A DNA stretch of 63,937 bases, filler included, from Octopus bimaculoides (taxonomy: Eukaryota): the NCBI RefSeq assembly GCF_001194135.2. It is 5 parts of 4 records of this genome, joined end to end, with 100 filler letters (N's around TTAATTAATTAA, not from the genome) between each part and the next. Parts side by side here need not be neighbours in the genome. Positions count along the whole stretch, not along the records: positions 1 to 19,344 come from NC_068985.1; 4 more parts are not named here. One strand, 5' to 3'. The position numbers were made by a program, and so were the translations under genes. The notes under the pieces were generated by a model, which ran no database searches, was not told where the DNA came from, and was given only the letters and a program-made list of their open reading frames with translations. Shown piece after piece: positions 1 to 12,880 of the stretch; position 1 is the first letter of the stretch, and every line of letters starts with the position of its first letter.

Positions 1-50
<50 letters not shown>
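1..50. repeat. (TG)n microsatellite, representative of dozens of (TG/CA)n, (TA)n, (TATG)n and (TC)n tracts across the window
   Basis: Read directly from the sequence. Such tracts generate the CVCV/HTHT/YIYI pseudo-ORFs in the ORF track. Confidence 0.99.
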
Positions 51-53
<3 letters not shown>

Positions 54-249
54 TGAAAGATACATATGGGCATATAGTGAATCTTATGTAGTGCCTCTTT
101 TTCATGCAAATAAATATACGACGACTACTGTTAAGTTTAGAGCCCCACTTATATTATTATATTTCAGTCGAGTGGTTAAGCAACTACTGTACTGAGTAGT
201 AGTGCTGGTTCTGAAATACAAAGCAAAAGTACGAGAAACTACAATAATC

Positions 250-580
250 TGTGGATATGTGGTATAAAAAGTAACAAGAACAATTTCAAATATGTGGATA
301 CTGGTTCTCATATAAAATTTAAATGCAAACAGAAAATGTAAAATACAGAATCCAATATACTGAATAACCTGACACAATTGCAAAGATATTTAATATTAGG
401 AAGACTGGTAATTACCTCTATCAACGTATAAGAATCCATAAACAACAAATTCAACAAATACAATTACATACAAGATTCAAGATCTTTCCTTTCTATAAAC
501 GCCCAAGGGATGATCCAAAATGCCGGAAAGAAATGGAATACTTCTTATAAAAACAATTTCACCGAAACTAAACGTATGAA
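250..580 (+). mobile_element. Penelope-like element, degenerate GIY-YIG endonuclease C-terminal remnant
   Basis: Manual translation gives CKTENV.Y.I...KTGNYLYQRIRIHKQQI...FKIFPFYKR...RKEMEYF with stops and frameshifts, which fits the PLE GIY-YIG pattern. Confidence 0.6.
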
Positions 581-877
581 AAATAAATCTATAAAAATAT
601 GAAAATTCTTTTATTGAATATATTACCTTTTCCGATGAACAAAACAAAACGATTATTGGGTAGTATTAATAATATTCTTATTAATATTAATAAAATTACT
701 GGAAAAAAGTGTATCCTAAACTATCAACACACACACACACACACGCATACGAGCACACATATACACGCTCTTTCACTCTCTCCCTCGCTCTCTCTCACAC
801 ACACACACCAACCCACATACACATGCACACAAACACGCACACACAAACGCACACACACACCCACACACAGACACACA

Positions 878-1015
878 CATTCAAATTCCGCCGAGGTCAA
901 TTTTCCCTTTCAGCATTTCCAGGTTGATAAAATGAAGTAACAATTAAGTATTGCGGTCGATTTAAGCGATTTACTCAATCCCCAGAATTGCTGGCTTTAT
1001 ATTTGCCTTTTAGTA
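878..1015 (+). mobile_element. SINE family B (tRNA-derived), 5'-truncated
   Basis: ttcaaattccgccgaggtcaattttccctttc...gttgataaaat...gtcgatt matches the copies at 32322, 54452 and 57716. Confidence 0.75.
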
Positions 1016-1906
1016 TTAATACTGTTTCCGTCAATGGTAACTATTTTTAAACAAGACTTCTGACTGCAACGTCAATGACAGAAAAGTCACTGTTATTCTG
1101 CATATCGTTTGCAGCGAGATTTGACAGATATGCGGTCAACAGACGCCTACGACTGAAGAAGCATAGCACGTTGAAATCACGTGATCTTGTAGTTCCGGCA
1201 CCCGTGGCAAACGATTCTCATCTGCTTTGATATATATCTGTGTTTTTATGTAACATGTATCTATATGAGAGGGTCACACGAGGTGAATATCGCAGTATGG
1301 TGATGCAAGCAGAATAAATAGAAATCAAAATATGAGGATATGTATTTCTTTTATTAATACTTTGCAGAAACAACAGAGTGACTCCAGGGCCGATGTCGGG
1401 GCGGAAACCCACGCCGTCATCTCTTCGGTTATCTAGCCATCGAAAAATGCTATGAAAATGACCGTTAAACAAAGGGAAATTACTATGTGATTGACCGTTT
1501 TTAAGACAAAAGAGCTATTAAAATGACCACTAAGTGAGGGGAGGGAGTAAAGGTAAGGGAGTAAAAAGGTCCATAGTATTCGCGTAAGCGCACCAGTCCA
1601 TACATACACATACACACCCGCACACCCACGTGCATGTGCCTATATGTATATACTCATCCACCCACACTTGAAACACACAGATGCTCACCCACACATTCGC
1701 CAAAAATATATATATATACCCGCATACACGCTCGCACACATACACACGCGCGCAAAAAAGGTTCATACACACGTCTATATTCGCACATGCACAAGAAAAA
1801 ATACACACACATATACATATCCATAGATATATATGTAGTGTGTGTGTATTTATATTTATATATGTATATACACAAATGCATAAATATATACACAGAAACA
1901 CACACA

Positions 1907-1939
<33 letters not shown>

Positions 1940-3101
1940 CACACCACACACACACCACACACACACCACACACACACCACACCACACACACACACCACAC
2001 CACACACACACCACACACACGCACACACATTTGATTGTGCCTGCGTCTTTATCTTTCCGTCAATGCATTCATATCTTCAGGATATTAAAAATTCCAGTCT
2101 ACATATGGAGTATAAATAACCATATCTGTCTTGAGTAAATAATAAAACAATAATCATTTATCATGGTTGGAAATGACAATAAATCTTCCAGTCAAGAAAT
2201 TCAAGAATTAATANNNNNNNNNNNNNNNNNNNNNNNNNNNNNNNNNNNNNNNNNNNNNNNNNNNNNNNNNNNNNNNNNNNNNNNNNNNNNNNNNNNNNNN
2301 NNNNNNNNNNNNNNNNNNNNNNNNNNNNNNNNNNNNNNNNNNNNNNNNNNNNNNNNNNNNNNNNNNNNNNNNNNNNNNNNNNNNNNNNNNNNNNNNNNNN
2401 NNNNNNNNNNNNNNNNNNNNNNNNNNNNNNNNNNNNNNNNNNNNNNNNNNNNNNNNNNNNNNNNNNNNNNNNNNNNNNNNNNNNNNNNNNNNNNNNNNNN
2501 NNNNNNNNNNNNNNNNNNNNNNNNNNNNNNNNNNNNNNNNNNNNNNNNNNNNNNNNNNNNNNNNNNNNNNNNNNNNNNNNNNNNNNNNNNNNNNNNNNNN
2601 NNNNNNNNNNNNNNNNNNNNNNNNNNNNNNNNNNNNNNNNNNNNNNNNNNNNNNNNNNNNNNNNNNNNNNNNNNNNNNNNNNNNNNNNNNNNNNNNNNNN
2701 NNNNNNNNNNNNNNNNNNNNNNNNNNNNNNNNNNNNNNNNNNNNNNNNNNNNNNNNNNNNNNNNNNNNNNNNNNNNNNNNNNNNNNNNNNNNNNNNNNNN
2801 NNNNNNNNNNNNNNNNNNNNNNNNNNNNNNNNNNNNNNNNNNNNNNNNNNNNNNNNNNNNNNNNNNNNNNNNNNNNNNNNNNNNNNNNNNNNNNNNNNNN
2901 NNNNNNNNNNNNNNNNNNNNNNNNNNNNNNNNNNNNNNNNNNNNNNNNNNNNNNNNNNNNNNNNNNNNNNNNNNNNNNNNNNNNNNNNNNNNNNNNNNNN
3001 NNNNNNNNNNNNNNNNNNNNNNNNNNNNNNNNNNNNNNNNNNNNNNNNNNNNNNNNNNNNNNNNNNNNNNNNNNNNNNNNNNNNNNNNNNNNNNNNNNNN
3101 N

Positions 3102-3133
<32 letters not shown>

Positions 3134-3184
3134 GTATGTATATACACATAGATGTAGGTAGGTAGGTAGGTAGGTAGGTAGGTA

Positions 3185-3430
3185 GGTGATTACCAGCCCG
3201 CGCGTGTTGACAACGATGGACGCCCTAAGATCCGGTGGGAAGAAATCAGGCGACAGGTGAGAGAGGCTTTACAAAATCAAGCTGGTCCTGCACCAACATT
3301 ACCATACAGTCAATGCCATCGACTCTTCTCTGCAAGAATTGGTCTCCAGAGCTATCAGCGGCATCACCATAAAGGAAGCTTTCAGCAAGGAAAAAACTAA
3401 ATACTCGGATACGAGATAAGGCTGATGATG
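3185..3430 (+). mobile_element. RTE-clade LINE 3' end remnant
   Basis: Translates ...PYSQCHRLFSARIGLQSYQRHH, a degenerate form of the C-x2-C-RLF.ARIGL.SH.R.H terminal motif of RTE ORF2. It is preceded by a (GTAG)n tract. Confidence 0.55.
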
Positions 3431-3581
3431 TTAGATAATGTAAATCTCAGCAGTTTCCTTTCAAGGCACATCTGTTTGTTCCATTATTACAATCGATATG
3501 TATCCATTATTACTGTTATATGTAAATCAAAACACACAATAAAATTGAAGATTATAGAAATATTAATAGCCGAGTTGTTGA

Positions 3582-3905
3582 ATAAACAAAACAGGAAAAT
3601 GGAAATGGTTTGGTATGACTCCTTCTCCATTACATGTGCTTAATTTTCCACCAGGGATCACAAAGATTTACATGTTGAATGTAAGGAATCTCCTATCAGA
3701 GAAGTCATCAGGCAGAGAAAACGTTTTTATGTAAATGTTTTTAGCAATCTTTTATAAAATAAATTTTCTGTCTGACAATTTCTCTAAAAGGAAATTCCTT
3801 ACATGACAATATAACAGGTAAATGTTTGTGGTTCCTATTGGAAAATGAAACATGCAATGGAAAATAGATAGTACCAAAACATTTCCATTTTCCTTTTTTG
3901 TTTAT
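3582..3905. repeat. Old, nearly spacer-less inverted duplication (about 160-bp arms)
   Basis: 3582-3740 (ataaacaaaacaggaaaatggaaatggtttggta...) aligns by eye with the reverse complement of 3745-3905 (ataaacaaaaaaggaaaatggaaatgttttggta...) at roughly 75-80% identity. Confidence 0.85.
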
Positions 3906-3906
3906 A

Positions 3907-3956
<50 letters not shown>

Positions 3957-4490
3957 ATATACGCACACGCATATATGTTTGTGTGTCTTTGTGTATACAT
4001 ACATGTATATGCATATACATATATTATATGTACACATAAACATACACACGCGCACACATAGATGTATATATATATATATATATAGCTGTATCAGTTAAAT
4101 TTACACATACATATAGACGAGTTTACGTGCACATAACTCATATATATATATGTATATATATAAATGTATATNNNNNNNNNNNNNNNNNNNNNNNNNNNNN
4201 NNNNNNNNNNNNNNNNNNNNNNNNNNNNNNNNNNNNNNNNNNNNNNNNNNNNNNNNNNNNNNNNNNNNNNNNNNNNNNNNNNNNNNNNNNNNNNNNNNNN
4301 NNNNNNNNNNNNNNNNNNNNNNNNNNNNNNNNNNNNNNNNNNNNNNNNNNNNNNNNNNNNNNNNNNNNNNNNNNNNNNNNNNNNNNNNNNNNNNNNNNNN
4401 NNNNNNNNNNNNNNNNNNNNNNNNNNNNNNNNNNNNNNNNNNNNNNNNNNNNNNNNNNNNNNNNNNNNNNNNNNNNNNNNNNNNNNNNNN

Positions 4491-4523
<33 letters not shown>

Positions 4524-4525
4524 CT

Positions 4526-4841
4526 CAGTGGCGGACTAGCCAGGTCGCCAGCTTGCTTGCTTGCCTAATGGCAAGTGGGCCCCTGCGCCATTAGAATCCA
4601 TATATAGGGGCCCATGTTAGTATCCAAGGGGCCCATCCCCTCAAGTCTGAAAATGTTTAATTCACTCCTGGAAGAATGCATTAGTTATTTCAGCCTGGCT
4701 GTGTTTGTAGACAGTTGAAAAGAATACTTTAACAAACAAATTCAATGGTAGCTTTGTAGTTGCGGGTGGGAACCCTTATAGTTTTGGGTGGGCCTCCTTA
4801 GTCTCCTGGCAACCAATATTTTTAGACCCAGTCCGCTACTG
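4526..4841. mobile_element. MITE with hAT-like TIRs
   Basis: Termini CAGTGGCGGACT...AGTCCGCTACTG (11/12 inverted match) and a GC-richer interior with gggcccc palindromes. No clear TSD. Confidence 0.6.
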
Positions 4842-5684
4842 ATAGGTAAGTGTGTATATATATATATATATACATATCTATATACATAGCTATATATATG
4901 CATGTATGTATATATACACACCTATATACACACATATGCATGTACGTATGTGTTTGCATGTTTGCGCGTATGTACTCCTATCTATGTTGGTCTAAAATGG
5001 TGACGCAACTGAATATCAAAAAGCATGTGTATATGTGTGTATGCGTGTGGTGTGTGTGTGTGTGTGTCGATGTATGCATGGTGTATGCATGGTGTATGTT
5101 CATGTGCTGTCAGGATGTTTGTACAATCTGCACCATTATTTAAGTATAGATAGCAGATGCGATCAAAGGGAAGATTAATGGAAAGTTGGTCAGCTTGAAA
5201 ATTGAATCGAAGTCGAAGTTGTTTTGTTGCTGGAATATGACGTCATTGATTATATGAGCGAAGCGTTTGCCAGGTTACCAATACAAAGTTAAAACGGCCG
5301 TTCATTATGCTTGGAAAGTGGACTTTCTGGTTGATATGTTGTCCTACGAAAGCTCTATTGACATTTAACGAGCAAATGTGTGAGAAGTATATTGATTCTC
5401 TCATAGCTGCTATCATAATGTTTGAAACTATTGAATTTTCTGTCACACAAACTACCCTGGACTATCCTATTTTCTAGTAAACGAGAGTATACACCTTTAT
5501 TTCGTTGAATACAATGTGTGAATGAATAGCACGACTTTTGTAAGTTTCTGTTAAGGGCGCCTGTATTGTTATGCAGTAGATTTCAGTAGAGAATCAAGCT
5601 CTTAGAGTACTGACTAAGTGTATTGTTATAGTGCAGATTTCATCGGATAGCCAAAATATTAGAGTACAAGACTAAATATATTGA

Positions 5685-5890
5685 TTTCAAAGTTTGGCAC
5701 AAGGCCAACAGTTTTGGGGTGGGGATAAGTCGATTACATCGACCCAGTGTTCCACTGGTACTTATTTTATCAACACCGAAAGGATGAAAGGCAAAGTCGA
5801 TCCCGGGGCATTTGATCTCAGAACGTAAAGTCGGAAGAAATTCCGCTAAGCATTTTTCCCCGGCGCGATTCCCCTTGGTCACCGCCTGCA
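5685..5890 (-). mobile_element. SINE family B
   Basis: The reverse complement contains gcttagcgg...ttctgagatcaaatgcc...gactttgcctttcatcctttcggtgttgataaaataagtaccag. Confidence 0.85.
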
Positions 5891-7507
5891 AACGTCAAAC
5901 ATCAATGTACTGCCATTTTGAATATATCCAGCCTTCCTCAGGAAAATTATACGGTAGGCTACATAATGTATGGAGCACCATTAGGAAGAGAATAGCTTAC
6001 TTTTCTGAGCACTGCTGTGTAAAGTAAGAGGAACCTGATTAGTGACGTCTTACTTAGGGTGAAATTCCATTGGTTGCCAGACGTCGATTTTACAGATGAC
6101 CATGCAATGGAAGATATAAGTGGATGAAGGATCAGAGCATTGCGAATCCGTGCAACGTCGACCCAAGATGATGACTACATTTTCGTTGTTAGACTTACTC
6201 CCCCACTTGATTAAACATGCCCACCTATCTTATGACTGCTTTCAGTGCAGATCACTCTGTTACAAGCATTAACGTTAGATTCCGCTCAGAAGACAACTTC
6301 CTCTCTCTATCATATCAATATTTCAACTCCTGAAAAAGACCATAGTAGTAGAAAGAAGGCAATAGCGTTTATTTCTTCTACTATTAAGCCATGGAAAGAT
6401 ATTGTATTTCTGTTCTTAGTTCAAATATTTTTTCTCTTTCTTGTATTGGAGTCGATAAAATAATAATAGTTACCTGTAAACTGCTGCGGTTAATTACAAT
6501 GACCAGTGGCTGATCTACAGTATTGGGGCACTGAAGCTTAAAATATTATGGGGGACGAGGTCCCCTTTACAACCAGCAACAGTAGGGTAACATCCAACAA
6601 GGGTCAAAAGAATTTTTGTGCCCTTGCAAAGAACTGCAGCTTGAGGCCCTGATAGCCCGAATGGTGGCGATGTGATGTGTAGTCCTTAAAAATTAATCTA
6701 AAAGTGAGCCCTCTTTCCACCAGAAACGAGGTGTGGGTAATCACCGATATCTTTATCGATGTGTTTGTTCCATGGCAGATCACTACAAATATTTTCCAGG
6801 CTATGCCTTATACTTTTAGAGTAACGGGGGTTGAACATTAGGGAAGCATTATATACATGTATGATGCATCATTAAGATATAAATGAAAATTACAAAATAC
6901 AGCGAATGAGAGCGGGTGTGTCAGACTGTACAGCGACAGGCAGCATGTGGAGGTTGAGTGAATCTTGCAGATCGAGACAGAGCACGTGGACATTGAGAGC
7001 GACCCTTTTCCGGACCGACAGGTCAGACTACCGTAATTATCTCTTTGCTTCCGTCTCCCCCCCCTTAACATCACAGTTTCCAAAGGTTAATTATCCAGCC
7101 CCGCCATCAAATTCCCCTCAACACATAGCTATGATGTTCTCCCTATACTTCTGCTCGTAATCAGAGGTGCACATATCGTCGTCAGCCACCAAGGAACATG
7201 CTCAATTGGTTAACGTCAAACAACTGACAAGCAAATCTGTTGTATTGAGCAGAATATTTGATGAAGCCCATCTTTTATACCAAGACAAAACAATGTACAT
7301 GACAGCACTTCCAATCAGTTAAGATGAGAAGCCATGAGAGCCACTGCCTGGTACTGCATCAGGGCATTTATTATTATTATTGTTCAGTAGTTTTATTTTT
7401 ATAACGTACTTTCACTTCACTACCGAGTGCAGCTCTGTTTGCCTTGGGTATGTGCTATGGTTTGCTGTGATGCTCTTATGGTTACTGTATTGAAAGTNNN
7501 NNNNNNN

Positions 7508-7597
<90 letters not shown>

Positions 7598-7620
7598 GTA
7601 ATAATAATAATAATAGTGGT
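7508..7620. repeat. (ATA)n microsatellite
   Basis: Read directly. Source of the poly-Ile pseudo-ORF. Confidence 0.99.
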
Positions 7621-7889
7621 AGTATCATTATTTCCATTTTCTTCTTATAGCTCACTCCTCACTCTTAGTATTGCTGAAGTTGTTACTGTTTTTCCATTTC
7701 ACCCGTCTTTCCTTTTTGTCACTAGAGATAGACTGAAAGAATTTCTCAACTGAAATTTGATACTGCCGACTATGTATTTCGGAGGCCTGTCCAGCTACCC
7801 GGGTAGCTTTCTCTTTATTTCTTTCTTTCCCCTCCTTCTTCCGCTTTTCTTCTTCCTTTACTCTACCTTCTTCATTATCTTCAACATGA

Positions 7890-7963
7890 CTTTCTTCTTC
7901 TTCTTCTTCTTCTTCTTCTTCTTCTTCTTCTTCTTCTTCTTCTTCTTCTTCTTCTTCTTCTTC
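7890..7963. repeat. (TTC)n microsatellite
   Basis: Read directly. Source of the poly-Phe pseudo-ORF. Confidence 0.99.
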
Positions 7964-8404
7964 TAACCATGCTTTGATTTTCTTTTATCTAAATTTTTGT
8001 TTCCTCCCGATATAAAGAAAAAACAAAGTCTGGATCGAGCACAATACAAGAGTGCACCTTCGATGCAAATCTGACGAAGTGCCACTCAAATGTATAAAAG
8101 CGCAAATATTACATACATTTTTTCCCCTTTGAACTTTTATGTAAACTGGCGTTGAAAGCAGAATTGGCACAGAAACAGTTGTAACTGAACATTAAAAATA
8201 TGTCAAATTATTTCTCTGCTTTATTATTTGGATTATATATAAATATTATTACATAACAACCGCAATTCTAAAAAGTTCGATGTCTAATTTTTTCTCATAT
8301 TAAATAGCACAAATCTGTTGGGAAGAAAGCTTCAATCGCTTCCTTAACATATCTAAACTAGTGAGTCCAGTAACCATGCTGGAATTTTGTGATATGCAAG
8401 TTAT

Positions 8405-8860
8405 TATCTGGACGAGTTGCAAACCATTGTTGAAGTTATTATTGCTATCAAAATGTTAAAAATATGAGGACACCTTCATTGTACAATATACCAGCAGAGA
8501 TCTCGAAGGAAGGCAGTGGCCTTTGCAGAAGAGCGTATCAAAGAGATATGGAACCAGGAGTATGCAACGAAACAGTGGAAGTACGATAAGGTCATTATTT
8601 ATCACACCAATGGAGATAAAATGAAGAGAAAGAAGAGGGTATATTGCTCGTATCGATTGCTAGCAAAGTCTTGGTCAAATTCATCTGATTCAGTCAATAG
8701 AAGAAAATATACTTGAATCACCATTCTTCTATTGCAGAAACGAGGACTCTTAATAAATATTCGATATATGGAGTTAAAAGGTGCCTAGCATTACGAGATG
8801 AAGTGAGAAAAGATACATGAATGTGCCTCAAGTCAAAACATTTACGAGTCCCGTCTGCAA
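8405..8860 (+). mobile_element. RTE-like LINE reverse transcriptase N-terminal remnant
   Basis: Translates TIVEVIIAIKMLKNMRTPSLYNIPAEISKEG...LVSIASKVLVKF, matching the RT domain 0/1 motifs (AIK.LK.GKAPG.D.IPAE; LLS.ASKVL). Multiple stops. Confidence 0.55.
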
Positions 8861-10035
8861 GTGAAGACATATATTAACGACTGGAATGTACAACCATTTA
8901 GAAATTCATAAATTAAGGAGATATTTATCAGTGGATTCGATTGACATTAATTTGCGGAATGGGTGCATATAAACTGAGTTGTTATAAGTTGTTAAATAAT
9001 ATTGAAACTTACTGGTTGGGTAGGATTGATTTCAGAGGGAAATTTAATGATCTATGAGTCAGTGTTTTTTTATATTTAGTCCCTATATCCTTTCAGTAAA
9101 AATACATCGATCACATATCAACCAGCAGGAAGAACAGGTTGGGATTGTCAGCAGATAAATATTGATGGTATGTCATCGACGTGACATCTCAGCAACGAAA
9201 AAATTTGATAAAATAAATAGAAATTGAAAAAAAGATATATATCAGAAAGATAGATCAGATGACATGTGGACGAAAAAGAAATAACAAGCCCTGACTTCGA
9301 AACTGAAATGACTAACAAAAACGTAACATAATCCAGTATCCTATTAACACGGTTATTTTATTTTCATGTGTTGTAAGTCAGCGAGAAAATCTTAGTTAAT
9401 CACATGATCTCTTAGAAAAATCGTAACCAAATCTTCCTCAAATCAAACTCTGTTGTTACAAATAAACATTGGATAATGTAGCCCTGATGTTCAAAAAGAC
9501 GGTAAGATAACTCTTGAAGCGCCATTCATTACAGGTTTGCTCAGTAGGGACTAACCTGAGGCTAAAAATGAAAAGCAAGAGCAAAAAACAGTAAATAATG
9601 AGGGAGAACGAAAGATACGTGCTCAGTGCTGTGTTAGAATCAATAACAGACGACGGAGTGGCCCTGTGGTTAATAAGTTCGCTTCACAGACACGCGGTTC
9701 ATATTTCGATACCATTTCCTACTTACGTTGGGCAAACATCTACCATAGGCTTTTGTCATCTACAGTAAAACTGGGTAGACGAAAACCATGAGCAAGCTTC
9801 TCTTAGTTGAATCAGGTTTGCTCATCGATAGCAGACTTAATCAATTTTAAGTTTTAACACCACCGTCCACTTCGTGATGAACATTTAAACGGGAACTAAG
9901 ACTAGGAGAAGGTCTATAATTGCAATCTTTTTCCATAACAGTTTCAAAGACTGTAAAAATGTATCGTAGTGCGACGCTAGTTTAAGTGACCGAAACTCCG
10001 AAGTCACTGTCAATAGCAAGAGTATAAAGTAACCC

Positions 10036-10300
10036 TGTCGTGGTGAGTCACGACTCCCCCTTGAGAGAAATAGACTGGAACGAGTGATTATAAATAGTAG
10101 CGTTCGGAGTGAAGTCTGTGTTTTAGTACGAGTTGAGTTCGCAGTGAAGTCGGAAGGTGGCGGCTGGTTAGTTCGTTTGAAATATTGATTGTTAGATCGT
10201 TACGTTGTTATTACGGTTGCATCCTTATCTGCTTTACTGTTACAACACTGGTACAGTGTATCTAAACCATCCGTCACAATATCGTGGCAGTACCACGACA
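10036..10300 (+). repeat. 5' LTR
   Basis: Perfect 9-bp terminal inverted repeat TGTCGTGGT...ACCACGACA, TATA-like tataaata at about 10090, and a TGG-initiated PBS-like sequence (ttggagacggaggat) immediately downstream. Confidence 0.9.
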
Positions 10301-10389
10301 TTGGAGACGGAGGATACAACTTTCGGGCGACGCGGGTTTCGAAGTTCACGTAGATTATTTAACAATTTGTTCGTGATACAACTTGTTAA

Positions 10390-11290
10390 ATGAAAGAAGA
10401 CCTATTAGCTTCTATAATATAGTTGCAAAAGCAACAAGGGCAGCAACAGTAGTTGCAGAAACAACTAGTACAGCAACAACTACAACAACAACAGTTATTG
10501 GAGCTATACGCAAAGAAGTACAAAAATGCGGTAAGTTCGTTTTCGCCGGACGAAGTACCGAACTCCATAACGGCATTCAGATATAACCCAAGGAAGGGTA
10601 TAACTTTTGTGGCATACTACAGCAAGTACGAGGAGATTTTTTTAAGGAAGATTGCAAGACATGGTCGGAGGAAGAAAAAGTAATGTTACTATTATGTAAA
10701 TTAGCTCCGTACGAGCATGAATGATACTGTAATTTCACATTTCCTAAAACGTCTAGTGAAATTTGTTTCCAGGAAACAATCAAATTACTATCATATTTGG
10801 TGATAAAACTTATCTATTTAAAACTTGAATGGAATTTTGGAATTTAACTAAAAAAGAAGATGACTTTTTTTAAGTATGCAGGAACAGTCAACAGAATGTG
10901 TGGAAGTTTTAAACCTAAAGAATTTACTCCTGAGATGTTGAAGTGCCTTTCCTTTGTACAAGGCCTTACAGCAAATAAAGATACGGAAATACGGGAAAGA
11001 ATTCTTTCAAAACTTGAACAAGAGAACCAAGAATTAACCCTGCAGACTATTGCAGAAGAGTGTCAAAAGATGGTGAACCTGAAACACGACGTAAGAAAAA
11101 TTTAAGGAAAGGATTTCGCAAAAATTCAAATATGTCGACCGAGAAGGTATAACCAAAGAAGATTGCTTGGTCCTAATCCATGTTACGGATGTGGAGGCCT
11201 ACATTTCAGAAAAGATTGTCCTTTTAAAACCAAAAATGTTACAGTTGTCAAAATTTTGGACACAAGAGTTCACACTGCAGAACAAAATTA
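10390..11290 (+). pseudogene. Gypsy gag (frameshifted)
   Basis: NSITAFRYNPRKGITFVAYYSKYEEIF, LTLQTIAEECQKMVNLKHD, and zinc knuckles CYGCGGLHFRKDC and CYSCQNFGHKSSHC. Confidence 0.85.
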
Positions 11291-11339
11291 CAAAGGTCAA
11301 ATGTAAAAAGTTCCAAAGTGCTGTCAGCAGAAAGTAAAA

Positions 11340-11660
11340 TCGATTCCCAAATAAGGAGATTTGTACACGTAAAAGTAAATGGAATAAATATTAAGATACA
11401 ACTGGATACTAGTAGTGACATTTCAATCGTGAACACCGACTCGTGGAAGAAAATACGGAAACCTGTGTTTAGAAAAACGGCGGAACTGCACGTGGTGTTA
11501 GGGGTTACAAATACACTTTGTAGGTGAATCGTGGAATGAGGTCACATTTCGAGGAAAAACTTGCGAGGTGAAAGTTTTCGTCGTAAATAACGCAACCAAT
11601 CTGTTTGGTACCGACTGTTTCGAATTATTTGATTTATGGGTTCTCTCAATAAGCCGGTAC
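11340..11660 (+). pseudogene. Gypsy aspartic protease remnant
   Basis: VKVNGINIKIQLDTSSDISI (D-T-G motif degraded to DTS) followed by NLFGTDCF. Confidence 0.8.
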
Positions 11661-11899
11661 GGTAAAAAATTAAATGGCTGCCGACCAACGAAAAAAACTC
11701 AGCAGCTGAAAACTTTCATTAAAAACGTAATGAGTAATGTCACTTACGAACTGACAGTGACAGCGCATGATATAAAAATGAAATCCGCAGAGAATAATTA
11801 CATTACAAGGATGAAAGAAAGGTTAAAAAATAAGCAAAATAAAAATACAAATTCGAAAAATTTCTCACTATGCAATGATGTTATAATGTACGGGCAATG

Positions 11900-12860
11900 A
11901 GTGGTAGTTCCAACAGAAACCAGTATTGCAGGAATTCCACAGTGGACGCCCGGGAATTCCGAAAATGAAAGTCTTAATGAGGAGCTGTGTATATTGGCGG
12001 ACAATGGACCGGGACATAGAAAATTTGGTAAAATCTTGTAGAAGTTGTGCACTAACAGGTAAAGCACCACAGGTGAAATGCCAAACGTGGCCTGAAACGA
12101 ATAATCCGTGGTCCAGGGTACATATCGACTACGCTAGATCAGTGAACGGTGCATACTATCTAATCGTTGCTGATAGCGGTACGAAGTGTCCAGAGGTATG
12201 TAGGTGCAATAAACTAATTGAGAAGTTTCCCGCTGTGGTGTTCCAGACATGTTGGTGTCAGATAGAAAAACACAATTTACGGGTAGTGAATTCAAAAAAT
12301 TCTGCAAAATACATGAGATAAAGCATATTTTTGCTCCGCCCTACCTCCCGTAGAAAGATACGTTGATACGTTCAATCGAGCGTTAAGAAATGCAACGAAT
12401 GACGAAGCGTTAACGAAATTCTTGAGGGTAAAGCGAGAAACGCCCAATCTGAAAACCAGTTCAGGAAACTCTCCGGCAGAGATAATGTTCGCGCGAAAAG
12501 CAAAATTCGACGTATTATTGCCAGGAAAAATATATTTAAAAGAAATACAGAAAAGGCAACAAAACATTTCGAAGTAGGCGACAGAGTTCATTTAAACAAA
12601 AATTTTAATGGTAAGAAAGGCTAGAAGAATGGTTTTGTAACTAAAAGATTAGGAAACATGATGTATGTAATTAAAGGACAACGTTGGAAACATGAGACAC
12701 CTAAACCAATTAAAGATGAGATATACTGAAGAACGAAACGAAATACCGATAGAAGTCTGTTATGACATGTTTGAGGTGCCAGCACTGAAAGAGATTGAGC
12801 CTCGTAGATGCAGCAGTAGTAAAAGAAAACAGACTGTACACTTAGAAATAATACCAAAAC
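11900..12860 (+). pseudogene. Gypsy integrase remnant
   Basis: HSGRPGIPKMKVLMRSCVYWRTMDRDIENLVKSCRSC (zinc-binding domain) and PWSRVHIDYA. The core is shortened and frameshifted. Confidence 0.85.
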
Positions 12861-12880
12861 GAACAAGATACTAAGTTTTC

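Noticed and set aside
628-660. ccgatga...aaaacg after the first PLE fragment
   Set aside because: Plausibly a decayed hammerhead by position, but core and stems are too damaged to support.
1530-2119. CVCV/HTHT/YIYI ORFs here and throughout
   Set aside because: Translations of dinucleotide microsatellites.
2161-3161. Long ORFs spanning N-runs (also at 25-26 kb, 29 kb, 47 kb and 59.6-60 kb)
   Set aside because: Open only because unknown bases translate as X.
5243-5446. 67-aa minus-strand ORF, or a faint hAT-like WKVDFLVDM motif on the plus strand
   Set aside because: Neither reading has splice support or enough motif similarity.
6505-6785. Possible second MITE (cagtggctgatct...agatcactac)
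   Set aside because: The terminal match is partial and there is no TSD.
6971-7021. 51-nt AG/GT-bounded micro-exon candidate (IETEHVDIESDPFPDRQ, plus strand)
   Set aside because: Weak polypyrimidine tract, no partner exons and no recognisable homology.
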